Shown here: piece after piece, positions 29,089-38,701 of the stretch | Position numbering within the stretch: the stretch's first letter is position 1 | How the letters are laid out: every line of letters starts with the position of its first letter | Origin: a virus | IMG/VR virus record: IMGVR_UViG_3300020392_000009 | Location: 1-64,000 of that record | Reading direction: 5' to 3' (one strand) | Length of the DNA stretch: 64,000 bases | Made by a program: the position numbers and the translations under genes | The notes under the pieces: model-generated | What the model saw: the letters and a program-made list of their open reading frames with translations, nothing else | What the model was told of the DNA's origin: nothing | Database searches by the model: none

Positions 29089-29766
29089 TTATTCCTCCAC
29101 GACTTCTTGACTAATTTCTTCCTTTACTTTTTTAATATCATCAACTTTAACTTCTTTATTTATCATTAAATAATTCAATCTATCTGTTAGTATATTTATT
29201 TCTCCAATTATCTCTACGGCTTCATTGGTCGCTGACCTGTTATCTCCTAAAGTTGGTGGCTTTATTAAATAACCGTTTGCTGTTAGTGCTACAATATCAT
29301 CCTTTGTTAGATTAGATACTGGGCCGCCTTTTAAAATCTTAGGCATTTTAGGCTTAAATGCCTTAAAATCTAAGCCATGCTTATCTGCTAATATTTGCTG
29401 TTGTAGCATTTCTAGTTGCATATACATTGAAGCATGTTTAGGGCAGTAAGTTCCCATTAATGGACGACCCTTTGTTACCTTATCTAGAGGAATAGGTGGC
29501 CTAAGATAATCTCCCGCTTCCCAAATATGGTGCATTCCACATACAACACATCTATCCTTGAGATTAAATTTTTTTCCATATCTTAGAAATAGTAACTTCT
29601 TAGGTTCTGCCTTTAAAACAGCAGTCAATTCTGCTAATTGTTTCTTAGGCTTGATAGCCATAAAGTGGTATTCCGTCACTGCTCCACTTGCTCTAGCCTG
29701 TTTGATAGGCGATAAACCTAAATTCATATTATTCGTCTGTGCTAACATCTGCTGATTTTGATACAT
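29089..29766 (-). CDS. putative Zn-binding protein
   Basis: RCVVCG...YCPKH (C2CH). Confidence 0.55.
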   Translation of the reverse strand: MYQNQQMLAQTNNMNLGLSPIKQARASGAVTEYHFMAIKPKKQLAELTAVLKAEPKKLLFLRYGKKFNLKDRCVVCGMHHIWEAGDYLRPPIPLDKVTKGRPLMGTYCPKHASMYMQLEMLQQQILADKHGLDFKAFKPKMPKILKGGPVSNLTKDDIVALTANGYLIKPPTLGDNRSATNEAVEIIGEINILTDRLNYLMINKEVKVDDIKKVKEEISQEVVEE

Positions 29767-29769
29767 CTT

Positions 29770-30336
29770 TTATTCCTCCAATTCTTTTCTCCAATTTTGA
29801 GACTCTCTCATTTCTTCTACTTGTTCGGGTGTAAGATACATAGCAGGGTGAATATTTGCTCCCATCATACCGAATCTTTCGATTATTTCTTTTTGCTTTT
29901 TATTAACAAATTGTTTTACTTGTGGATTTTCTTCAAAGGTCTTTATTTCAAAATGAGGGGGGTCGCCATATTGACCCAAAGTATAACCGTAAATAACATT
30001 CGTAGGAATATTAAATAAATAATCTTCTCCTAATCTTTCTTTATCTTGTTCATCAATACCAAAATATGTAATTGCATCTATGTTAATATCTACGGGGTTT
30101 CCGTCAAAATCTTCTCCGCCAAAATCGCCATCTACTAAATCTCTTAATGCCACATCGCCATCAATAGTCAGTGAATATTCTTTTGACATATATGTAATAT
30201 ATCCTCCAGAATCAAAAAATACCTTACTGTCTTTCCCGTATATTCTTTTGAGTTCGTCTAATATCTCTTTAGTTAAATCATCAATATATTTTTGAGCCGA
30301 AGCCCTATCCATTCTTTTTAATATATCAAACCACAT
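29770..30336 (-). CDS. acidic hypothetical protein with N-terminal WxDILK tag
   Basis: Starts MWFDILKR. Confidence 0.6.
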   Translation of the reverse strand: MWFDILKRMDRASAQKYIDDLTKEILDELKRIYGKDSKVFFDSGGYITYMSKEYSLTIDGDVALRDLVDGDFGGEDFDGNPVDINIDAITYFGIDEQDKERLGEDYLFNIPTNVIYGYTLGQYGDPPHFEIKTFEENPQVKQFVNKKQKEIIERFGMMGANIHPAMYLTPEQVEEMRESQNWRKELEE

Positions 30337-30341
30337 AACAA

Positions 30342-31004
30342 TCAATAATCCTTTATCATAGTAGTTATTCCTTTATACACCATTTCGGGGTCTGATTTTG
30401 CTGATACAATATATTTAAAACAAGGTATTCCCTTATCATTAAGTTGCCTCATACCATAAGAGAACGGCTCGAATATCTCATGTTTATCTATGGGCTTTTC
30501 ACTTTTATATTTATCTCCCCAAATGTCATATTTATTAGCCCAAATACCAACTGCCATAGGATAATCCGAATCTTTTTTCTTTCTACCAGTAGGCCAACGG
30601 CTAGCAACAATAGTATCTACTAAAAATTTCCATGCTACTTGGTGGTCTAAGTTTGATGGGTTATCTAAGTGTCTATGGTCTATCATAAATATAACATACT
30701 TTACTCTACGGGTTTGCATGTCTTTTACCCATTCTTTCCAATAAATCGCCTCTCCTCCAATATCAGCACTTTTTATTGTATGAGAGTCCCCATCTAATTT
30801 TATAGTTTTTCTAGAAGCCCTATGCAATCCCACCGTTCTTTTATTTATCTGAGGAACTTCTCCTCTAGTTCTTAATTGATAACTTAAGGTTGTTTTACCA
30901 ACCATAGTAGCACCATAAACACCAAAATTAATTGCGTGAATTTTTTTGTAAAAACCTATTATGGCTTCACCAACTAGTATGGCAAAGCCTGTCATTATTG
31001 ACAT
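30342..31004 (-). CDS. Ras-superfamily (Arf-like) small GTPase
   Basis: G1 GATMVGKT, G2 RTVG, G3 DIGG, G4 NKYD, G5 SAK; hydrophobic N-terminal helix. Confidence 0.85.
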   Translation of the reverse strand: MSIMTGFAILVGEAIIGFYKKIHAINFGVYGATMVGKTTLSYQLRTRGEVPQINKRTVGLHRASRKTIKLDGDSHTIKSADIGGEAIYWKEWVKDMQTRRVKYVIFMIDHRHLDNPSNLDHQVAWKFLVDTIVASRWPTGRKKKDSDYPMAVGIWANKYDIWGDKYKSEKPIDKHEIFEPFSYGMRQLNDKGIPCFKYIVSAKSDPEMVYKGITTMIKDY

Positions 31005-31009
31005 TAAAA

Positions 31010-31546
31010 TCACCCGAAGTATTTTTCTAATATTTTATCTATATGAAAAATCATTTCATTTTCAGTATCTATGTTGATAGGTAAACCAATAGCAGAAGCA
31101 ATATATGTTGCATTGAGATGAGTTAATCCATCATCAATTTCATCTTTCAAATTAACTATCAATTCCTTAACTCTAGAATCAGGTAAATATTTGTAATCTA
31201 TATTATCAAGAGAAATGCCTCTGGGCATTCCCATTTCTTTTTTGTTTCTTATATTTCTATTATCGGTGTATTCTCTATCGCCTTCTAGCCATTTCTCTTT
31301 ATTTGTTTTCAAGGCTTGCTTTATCATGGGTTTATCTTTTAATTTAATTCTATCACGGGAAGAACCAAAAATAGCATAAATTAATGCTTCATCTAAAGAA
31401 GGAGTCCAATATTCGGTATCTTCTTTTCCTTGTGTTCCTTGAAATAACTTATTGTAAGTATTAATGTAAGTTTCTGTTGGGTAATCATTTGAATCAAAAA
31501 TAGTAGATTGTATTTTGTAAGGTGATTTGAGAATGTCTTTCCACAT
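31010..31546 (-). CDS. WxDILK-tagged protein, possible ADP-ribosyltransferase-like fold
   Basis: Starts MWKDILKS; KLFQGT...YWTPSLDEALIYA resembles ART strand 1/2 motifs (function low confidence). Confidence 0.45.
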   Translation of the reverse strand: MWKDILKSPYKIQSTIFDSNDYPTETYINTYNKLFQGTQGKEDTEYWTPSLDEALIYAIFGSSRDRIKLKDKPMIKQALKTNKEKWLEGDREYTDNRNIRNKKEMGMPRGISLDNIDYKYLPDSRVKELIVNLKDEIDDGLTHLNATYIASAIGLPINIDTENEMIFHIDKILEKYFG

Positions 31547-31547
31547 A

Positions 31548-31766
31548 TTAATGACTCCAAATATCTTTAGCCCTCTCTATAATCCAACCCATTATATTAA
31601 TGTCAAAGACTCCCATAATATTACCAACTAAGAACATAGACAAAGTAGAAAAACCTCCCCAAAACCATGCTCTCATTTTCAAAAAGAAAATGTCTGCTGA
31701 GTGCGCTCTAGATTGATTATAGGCGTAGTCAGAATCAGAAAAGCCCATTATATCTCCAAGAACCAT
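31548..31766 (-). CDS. small membrane protein
   Basis: Hydrophobic AWFWGGFSTLSMFLVGNIMGVF segment; GGGTGG RBS. Confidence 0.6.
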   Translation of the reverse strand: MVLGDIMGFSDSDYAYNQSRAHSADIFFLKMRAWFWGGFSTLSMFLVGNIMGVFDINIMGWIIERAKDIWSH

Positions 31767-31777
31767 TTAGCCACCCC

Positions 31778-32167
31778 TCATTGAAGGACTGCTAAAAACT
31801 CATTACTAACGGTATTTTCATCGTTTTCATTCTGATTTGCTGAATAGGTAAAACTAGTATTATATTGCTTTGCGCTTTCAGCCATCTTTCTTCTCTGTTG
31901 GTCATCCCTAGCCTTTCTTTCCCAAAACGCAGAAATCTTTCTATCTAGTAGCCAAATTTCTATCTTGTCATTTAGGGCTAAATCAAACAAAGCCTTCATT
32001 ACCATAATTGCTCCTATTGTTCCTAGTCCAAATAATACAGAATGTGCTAAAGCACCATAAGGAAAACCAGTTCCTATTTTAGCATAAGCAAATACATTAG
32101 CCCCACTTACTGCTCCAACAAAAAGTATAGTCATTACTAATCTAGTATCTTGATTTAAAACCGCCAT
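31778..32167 (-). CDS. two-TM membrane protein (holin-like candidate)
   Basis: Two hydrophobic helices then charged tail; GAGG RBS. Confidence 0.55.
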   Translation of the reverse strand: MAVLNQDTRLVMTILFVGAVSGANVFAYAKIGTGFPYGALAHSVLFGLGTIGAIMVMKALFDLALNDKIEIWLLDRKISAFWERKARDDQQRRKMAESAKQYNTSFTYSANQNENDENTVSNEFLAVLQ

Positions 32168-32176
32168 TGTAAAACC

Positions 32177-32458
32177 TCATGAGAACTCAATAGAACAAGC
32201 CACTGCACCACTTACTTCCTCGAAAAATAATCCATTTTCACAAAGAACAGAATGCATATCAAACTCTATCGTTTGTCCCGAAGATAGTTTTAATCTCGCT
32301 ATTTCTTTTCCGGAGTTACTAGTTCCATCAAATACTTTTACTTCTGCTGTGCTACCACCTACTTCGCAAGCATGAATAGAAACTAATCTACAACTACCAT
32401 CAAAGACAATAGCATCTGCTGTCAATACTCCGCTTGTTCTACAACCACCGCTAGGCAT
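32177..32458 (-). CDS. small beta-sandwich virion protein
   Basis: 93 aa, all-beta pattern, downstream of capsid genes. Confidence 0.5.
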   Translation of the reverse strand: MPSGGCRTSGVLTADAIVFDGSCRLVSIHACEVGGSTAEVKVFDGTSNSGKEIARLKLSSGQTIEFDMHSVLCENGLFFEEVSGAVACSIEFS

Positions 32459-32491
32459 ATTATCTCCTCAAACAGCGTTAGTTACAATACC

Positions 32492-32505
32492 TATTATAAC
32501 TTTCC
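32492..32505 (-). promoter_or_regulatory. candidate archaeal promoter (BRE + TATA: GGAAAG TTATAATA)
   Basis: In one of the few intergenic gaps, about 35 nt upstream of the 32458 start. Confidence 0.35.
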
Positions 32506-32514
32506 TAAGTCAAT

Positions 32515-32859
32515 CTACTCCTTTTTTGGAGTTTTTGCCTTAGTAGTTTTAGGTTTTGTTGTCTTTGGTTTGGTATTTCTAGTCTTTTTTACAGCCTTTG
32601 GTATTAGCAAATCCACTAAATCTTGATGAGTCTTTATCGCTTGTTTTGTTTCAAAAGCGGCTACTTTTAGTTTGGCCTCTTCTAAGCCAAGTATGGCTTC
32701 TTCATCTTCTTTAGTAAATGTAAACATAAAGTCTGGGTGTCCCAACATAGATATTGCAGACCTCAAAGGAAACTCAACGGGTGTATCTTTTGTTACCAAT
32801 ACACCCGCTAAGTTCTTTTTTTGTATTTCTGCTTTTTCTGTTAGTATAACAGTAGGCAA
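32515..32859 (-). CDS. hypothetical protein with Lys/Thr/Pro-rich tail
   Basis: KPKTT repeats at C-terminus; AGGTGA RBS. Confidence 0.55.
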   Translation of the reverse strand: MPTVILTEKAEIQKKNLAGVLVTKDTPVEFPLRSAISMLGHPDFMFTFTKEDEEAILGLEEAKLKVAAFETKQAIKTHQDLVDLLIPKAVKKTRNTKPKTTKPKTTKAKTPKKE

Positions 32860-32868
32860 TAAATCACC

Positions 32869-33447
32869 TCAAAGGTTTCCAAAGACCTTTAGTTTTACAG
32901 TTCCCAAATCACCGGATTGTAGAGAAGCCGACAATAAAGCGGCTGAACCTGTGGTGTATGCATAAAGGTAAAAGAAAGTCTTATCCGCAGAGATATCACC
33001 GATAATATAGTGGCAATCATGGTCTGATTGACCTACTAATTCAATAGAAGTTATAGTGTCTAGTCCAAAACTAGATGCTAAAATCTTTTCACCTGCATGA
33101 GTAACTTGTTCATCACCGTCACCGGATTCTGCCGCTACTACTTGAAGTGTGTTAAATACTGTTGCTGATAAAGCACTAATTTTTATCACATCATCATTGT
33201 TATTTGCGGCTGAACCTTCTATAACAACATGGTCGCCAACTACAAATCCGTCATCAATGTAACTACCTGCGGCTCTTGTATATTTCTTAGCCGCAGCAGA
33301 AGTAATGGTTTGACTTGCCGCAGTAGCAGTTGTTCCTGTTCTGTAAGAGGAAATGGCTACGCTACCCAATGCTATGTATTCATCACCAACGGCTCTAGGT
33401 TTAGTAAATCCCTTATGGTCGGGTAAAAGTGTTACAGTATTAGTCAC
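32869..33447 (-). CDS. putative capsid decoration/minor head protein
   Basis: Directly downstream of MCP; beta-rich with inserted GFVVGDHVVIEGS module. Confidence 0.55.
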   Translation of the reverse strand: MTNTVTLLPDHKGFTKPRAVGDEYIALGSVAISSYRTGTTATAASQTITSAAAKKYTRAAGSYIDDGFVVGDHVVIEGSAANNNDDVIKISALSATVFNTLQVVAAESGDGDEQVTHAGEKILASSFGLDTITSIELVGQSDHDCHYIIGDISADKTFFYLYAYTTGSAALLSASLQSGDLGTVKLKVFGNL

Positions 33448-33457
33448 TTAAACCACC

Positions 33458-34843
33458 TCAAAGTAGATTTGTAATCTTACCCTGTCCTCTAAAGTATGAA
33501 CAACCAGTTTCACCAATAGTTCGGTAAAGTGCTTGGTTTCCTAGAGTTCCAACACCGAATGGGTTTCCGTTACTAATACCATCTTCAAAGTATTGAGTTG
33601 GTTTCATAACTGATAACCACAAATGGTCAGTATCTAGAATCAACATATCAGAAAGTCCAGTAGATAGAGAGTGGTGCTTTGTTGATGGCATAGCCGCAAC
33701 AGGAATTAGTGGGATATCGTAATAAGTAGAAACTCTAAATCCAACTTCTTGACCCTTTACACCACGAACACCGTTTACGGTTGGCACAATTTCTTTACCG
33801 TCCATGAATCTTTCTTGTGCTTGTAGCAAATCACTCAATGTTTGTAGAGTATCATATCCAGTTAGTATAACTTTTGGAGAACCACCGTTTTGTCGAATCT
33901 CTCTTAGAGTTTGGTTAATCAAACTTAGAGTCAAAGACCTTTGGCCACTTGCTGAGTAAGTTCCGTCATTTACAACTGCATTCATGAAAGAAGAGTTTGT
34001 TCCTGCTCTATCGCTGTTACCGAATAGAGTAGAAGTTTCTGCCTTTCCATTTGTCAAATCAGTATCGTCAAATGTTCCATTCTTAATCAAGTCGTTTGCT
34101 TTCATGTTTTGTAGTTCTGCGTTGCTTGAAACAATCTTTAGTAGAGAAGTATAGTTTCTTTCAATTGTAGTAACGCCCGAAGTAATTCCTCCATCAAAGT
34201 CATAGGCTTCTAGAGGCATAACTAGCATTTGGTTCTGAACTTCTGCATGGTGCTTACCCATATCTTCACGCATTTGCGCTCTAATGTCGCCAATACCATC
34301 ATCAATTTGTGCAAGTTCCATAGCAAGTTCGCTGAACTCAAATTGATGTGCAATAATCTTTGGGCTTGTAAATAGGGTAGAATACTTTGGTGCAATAGAA
34401 AACAATCCATCAGCATTAGTTCCTAGTTTAGCATTTTCAGGAACACCACCAATTAAATCTGCTTTAAGTGAACTTGCTCCAACAAGTGCATCAGAGTTTG
34501 ATGCTGTAGAATCAAGGTCAATAGATAGTGAATTTCCGCTACCACCAGCAGGTCTTTCTACCAATACTCTCCAACCACTTGAAACATAAGGTCTCTTTGA
34601 AATAACTGAAAGTGCATTACATTCTCTGTTTAGCATTGACCAAACTTTTTGACCAAATACTCGGTTATACAAAGCAGACCTATCTCCTATTGATGAAGTT
34701 CCGCTTCCTACTCCTAATGTGGTATCATGGCCACTGTGTAGTGCTTGAACTGCACCACTTTGTTTTAGCAATTGACCGCTAATGCCCGATAATCCGTATG
34801 TCTGTCTTTCTAAATCTGCTATTGTGTTAATATATCCTGTCAT
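33458..34843 (-). CDS. major capsid protein (HK97 fold)
   Basis: Follows protease-scaffold; YNRVFGQKVWSMLN, PKIIAHQFEFSE, GGSPKVILTG, GKITNL terminus like halovirus/magrovirus MCPs. Confidence 0.88.
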   Translation of the reverse strand: MTGYINTIADLERQTYGLSGISGQLLKQSGAVQALHSGHDTTLGVGSGTSSIGDRSALYNRVFGQKVWSMLNRECNALSVISKRPYVSSGWRVLVERPAGGSGNSLSIDLDSTASNSDALVGASSLKADLIGGVPENAKLGTNADGLFSIAPKYSTLFTSPKIIAHQFEFSELAMELAQIDDGIGDIRAQMREDMGKHHAEVQNQMLVMPLEAYDFDGGITSGVTTIERNYTSLLKIVSSNAELQNMKANDLIKNGTFDDTDLTNGKAETSTLFGNSDRAGTNSSFMNAVVNDGTYSASGQRSLTLSLINQTLREIRQNGGSPKVILTGYDTLQTLSDLLQAQERFMDGKEIVPTVNGVRGVKGQEVGFRVSTYYDIPLIPVAAMPSTKHHSLSTGLSDMLILDTDHLWLSVMKPTQYFEDGISNGNPFGVGTLGNQALYRTIGETGCSYFRGQGKITNLL

Positions 34844-34844
34844 C

Positions 34845-36140
34845 TTAATAACCTCCTACCATTTTGTGAATCTCTGACCAATCCATTTCAGCCAAATCTT
34901 CCATACTTGGGAGTTCTTCTTCTGCCGCCTTTTGTGCCTTTAGAATTGTTTCTTTTTCAGCAGTCAAAGACTTTCTTAGTTGAGTAAACTCATCTTTTAG
35001 AGATGCTATTTCGGCTTGAGCATCATATTGTGACTTTGCCAAAACATTTTCTCGGTTTGCTTTTTCTGCGTTAAATCTTGCACTAAATTGCTTTTCTAGG
35101 TTATCTAGAGCAATCTTTTCTAGTTGCTCTTGTCGGAAAGACTCGTATGCTTTCTCGATATTTAGGTTAGAAAGGTTTAGTGTATCTAATTCATTATTGT
35201 TAAATGCTTTAACAACAGGAAGTCCACTTGGCTTAGGATTGCCATTATCAATAACAATTCTATCAGCAGGTTCTCCAATTTCGACACCTGCTCCGTCTAA
35301 TGTAGCAACATAGGCTTTATCTGCCATTTTGTCACCATATGCACCTCTTTCCATGTCATCGGTAGGGACATCTTGCATTCTTTCCATGTCTTTCATTCTT
35401 TCCATGTCTTTCATCCTTTCCATGTCTTTCATAGATTCTTTTTCATCATCCATGTTTTCCATCATATTCTCATCTTCCATAGACTCTTTCATGGATTCTT
35501 TATCCTCCATCATTTCAGTGTCCATCATTTCGGCTTCTTCTTTTCGTAGCGTATTGACTTGCTCCATTAGAGTGTCAAGTTCCGCCAATGCTTTTTCTAA
35601 CTTGCTCATATTTTTCACCTGTTTATCTTGCTTTAAAATATCAAATCTTGCTTCGGGATTTATTCCTTTTTCACAAATTGTTACCTCATGCAATTCCAGT
35701 TTGCTTATTTCATTGTAATCTCCTAACTCCGGATGACTTTTCTTTACTTTTTGTAATGCCTGTCCTCCTATGCTAAATGACCTCAATGAACCTTTTCTTA
35801 CGCCTCTTCCTATTTCTTTGGCTTTTTCTATATCATCTCTTAACTTAATTACTACGAAGAAACCAACATCATCTACTTCTGTTTTCCACAATCTCCCCGT
35901 TTTATCTCGATATGATTTTACTACTTCTCCAACTTGAACATTTGAGTGATTTGTCATTACATTTCTAAATTTTGGATTCTGCATATATTTTACTACTGCT
36001 TCTTCTAGAGCCTTTAGTGTAATTAAATCGTTTTGTTTGTCTACGATTTCTATGCTTGCATATCCTCCAATCATTAAATCTTGATTACTTTTTAAGATGC
36101 TAAAGTCGTTGGCTCTATTACTTATCACCGCAGAACTCAT
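34845..36140 (-). CDS. prohead protease (HK97-family) fused to scaffold domain
   Basis: GYAS..VDKQND, NHSNVQVG (His), SFSIGG (Ser), LHEVTICEKGINPEA; acidic coiled-coil C-terminal half ending MDWSEIHKMVGGY. Confidence 0.9.
   Translation of the reverse strand: MSSAVISNRANDFSILKSNQDLMIGGYASIEIVDKQNDLITLKALEEAVVKYMQNPKFRNVMTNHSNVQVGEVVKSYRDKTGRLWKTEVDDVGFFVVIKLRDDIEKAKEIGRGVRKGSLRSFSIGGQALQKVKKSHPELGDYNEISKLELHEVTICEKGINPEARFDILKQDKQVKNMSKLEKALAELDTLMEQVNTLRKEEAEMMDTEMMEDKESMKESMEDENMMENMDDEKESMKDMERMKDMERMKDMERMQDVPTDDMERGAYGDKMADKAYVATLDGAGVEIGEPADRIVIDNGNPKPSGLPVVKAFNNNELDTLNLSNLNIEKAYESFRQEQLEKIALDNLEKQFSARFNAEKANRENVLAKSQYDAQAEIASLKDEFTQLRKSLTAEKETILKAQKAAEEELPSMEDLAEMDWSEIHKMVGGY
35379..35432 (-). 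repeat. 3 x 18-bp coding tandem repeat (MKDMER)
   Basis: TCTTTCCATGTCTTTCAT twice exact, third copy with one mismatch, in scaffold linker. Confidence 0.9.
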
Positions 36141-36171
36141 ACCTCTCGTTTTAATGATTTTAAACTTTCAC

Positions 36172-36179
36172 TATTTAAA
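36172..36179 (-). promoter_or_regulatory. candidate TATA box (TTTAAATA) for protease-MCP operon
   Basis: Intergenic gap about 32 nt upstream of protease start. Confidence 0.35.
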
Positions 36180-36197
36180 GAACACGGTATTTTCCAT

Positions 36198-38687
36198 TTA
36201 TTTTGGTATTTTAACAGAATTAAATTTATCTTCGTAAATATCCCAAATACCTTCATCTCCGGCTTTATCGGCAGGTTTTTGTTTATATCCAGTCCATGCT
36301 AGCCACATCTTTTTATCCTCAACAGGTAAATATCTAATATGTAACTTAGTTTCAAATTTGTTACCTTCTAAGAAATATTCGTGATATCCATTTCGTTGTA
36401 TTCCTAATTTTATCTTACCGTAATCAATGGTTTTTTTGTTTTGAACATTTTCTGAAACTTCGGCAGGGTATTTGCCTGCCGCACCAAATAAATCAAATAG
36501 TTCTTTTTCATCATCAACCTCAATAGTCCAGTGTAAATTTTTATCTTTTAATCTAATTGAAAATTGTATATTGTTATCTTTTCTAAGCGATATTTTGAAT
36601 TCGCCCTCTCTATATTTTTCAGGAGTTTCATATTTTTTAATTTCGTCTGCACCAAATTTAAATTCGGGGTCTGCCTTTATTTTATTGCTCTGTCCTTCTA
36701 ATATCGGTTCTCGTTGAACAGCCCAATCTCTTAGTTTACTTTGTTTAGCATCTAGTATATCTTGATACAAACTTCTATGATTAGTTATTAAGAATTCATG
36801 TAGTTGTCGAGTTGTTTGCTCTCCCTTCTTAGTTAGGAATTGATGAATAGCCGCAGTAAGTTCTCCCTGTTTTGTTTTCATTATCTCTATCGCTTTGCTT
36901 TTCCACATATCTAAATCTGCTAAAGCATTCTTTGACATTAAATTGTTTTCTTCAAAGCCATAAAGGGTAAAACCATTCATATCATATTTGAGAATAGCAG
37001 TAGTTTCTCCATGAACATAATCTGTTACCTTGATTCCTTTTTCCAATGCTGAAACATCATAGTTCAAAGACTTCTTTGTGTCTTTAGCAAGCATGGCTAA
37101 AGTAACTAATTTATCCGGATATTCTACTTCCGGAACTTCAATTACCTTAGCAGAAAATAAAGAGTAGCCGTTAGCCGTTTTCTTAACTTCATCTACCTTT
37201 ACTCTAATTATATCCCCGACATCAACTGCTATCTTAGTGTTTAGTGCTTTGCCTACATCTAGATATCTTATATCGTCTATTTCAACAGTATTAGGTATAT
37301 CGTCTAATATTGGGCCAACTCCTACACTATAAGAATGCAAGCCACTTTTTGTCTTAGTTTTACTAAGAACTACTACATCTAAGTCTACAAACTTTTTCCA
37401 TTTGACCCATTTAGGGTTCTTTTTAGTTCCCACATAATATATTGAAGTAATGTCTTTTATCATGACTCCTTCCGCAGTAGGAATATCCATTATGTCTTTA
37501 GAGTATTCCGCTACCTCCTTAATTGAATCAGCAAAGCGAGTATCTTTCTTTGAGGGGAAAAGTAGAACATCAGAAGAGTGCTGTGAATAATTATTAAACA
37601 GAGTCCTAATTCTACTATCTAATTCTTCTTCTAATAACATTTGAGAATCATGCCTCATAATATCAAAGACATGGGCTTTTAGAGTGGCTTCAGGATATTT
37701 ATTTTTAAATACATGAGCAATTGTATCAGCCCGATGCAGTGCTTCTTTACCATCAAATAGAATTAGTTCTGCATCCAAAATACACTCTCCGAAGTGTTTT
37801 GCTTTTAATTCTCTAACTATATCTTTACACTTTTCAGTAATGTCTTTTTGATTATATGAGTATATCTTTATATTACCGTCTATTTTATGCAGTTGTATTC
37901 TCATACCGTCATACTTTTCTTGAACAATATATTCTCCACTAAATCCTTTTAGTTCGTTCATATCATTTATCTCAAATATTCTATACATTGGTTTGTTGGG
38001 AATAATAAAGTCGCTTTGGGCTTTTTCTGCTTTCTTCATATCAATATCTAAAAGTTCATCCCAATCTTCTTCACTGTGTTGTGAAAAGTAAATTAACTCT
38101 AACATATCCATAGCGGCTTTAACTTTGGATTTGACCTTTTTAGAATCTTTATCATCACCATAGTTTTCTATTATGTATAGTGCCACATCATCCGGTTCTA
38201 AATCTAGTCCTGCTAGTCCATCGGTCAAAGTATCTTCTTCCATATCTTTTATTTGTAGGGTTTCTTTTCCTAGTGCATGAGTGTTATCTCTGATAGCATA
38301 ATGAACAAACTTAACCATAGATTCAGGATTATCTAGTAACTCTTCTAAGACACCTTCTCCAAATCTTTTAGCAAATGGGTCTATAACGACATCCGATTTA
38401 TATCTAATAAGTTTAATATCTTCATAAAGTTCTCTTGCTTGAGGAGATGTGGGGTCACTAACATCTTGATGTTCTAATAGATTCCTTTCTATAAAGTTCT
38501 TTAATTCTCTGCCTGCTACATTTAATTTATCATAAGATTCTCTAACTTGCTCTACAGCCTTTCTCCATTTGTGACCGTATTCTTTAGGGTCACTATTAGC
38601 AGATAAAAAGGCCACTCTAGTTATCTCAAATAATTTTACTAACTCTACCGATGAACGCTTGTCTTTTTCAAAAGAGCCGAGTTTCAA
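36198..38687 (-). CDS. lig: ATP-dependent DNA ligase with N- and C-terminal extra domains
   Basis: QEKYDGMR (motif I), LDAEL, HVFDI, EGVMIK, WVKWKK, OB fold. Confidence 0.9.
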   Translation of the reverse strand: MKLGSFEKDKRSSVELVKLFEITRVAFLSANSDPKEYGHKWRKAVEQVRESYDKLNVAGRELKNFIERNLLEHQDVSDPTSPQARELYEDIKLIRYKSDVVIDPFAKRFGEGVLEELLDNPESMVKFVHYAIRDNTHALGKETLQIKDMEEDTLTDGLAGLDLEPDDVALYIIENYGDDKDSKKVKSKVKAAMDMLELIYFSQHSEEDWDELLDIDMKKAEKAQSDFIIPNKPMYRIFEINDMNELKGFSGEYIVQEKYDGMRIQLHKIDGNIKIYSYNQKDITEKCKDIVRELKAKHFGECILDAELILFDGKEALHRADTIAHVFKNKYPEATLKAHVFDIMRHDSQMLLEEELDSRIRTLFNNYSQHSSDVLLFPSKKDTRFADSIKEVAEYSKDIMDIPTAEGVMIKDITSIYYVGTKKNPKWVKWKKFVDLDVVVLSKTKTKSGLHSYSVGVGPILDDIPNTVEIDDIRYLDVGKALNTKIAVDVGDIIRVKVDEVKKTANGYSLFSAKVIEVPEVEYPDKLVTLAMLAKDTKKSLNYDVSALEKGIKVTDYVHGETTAILKYDMNGFTLYGFEENNLMSKNALADLDMWKSKAIEIMKTKQGELTAAIHQFLTKKGEQTTRQLHEFLITNHRSLYQDILDAKQSKLRDWAVQREPILEGQSNKIKADPEFKFGADEIKKYETPEKYREGEFKISLRKDNNIQFSIRLKDKNLHWTIEVDDEKELFDLFGAAGKYPAEVSENVQNKKTIDYGKIKLGIQRNGYHEYFLEGNKFETKLHIRYLPVEDKKMWLAWTGYKQKPADKAGDEGIWDIYEDKFNSVKIPK

Positions 38688-38701
38688 AACAACCCCGCCC
38701 T

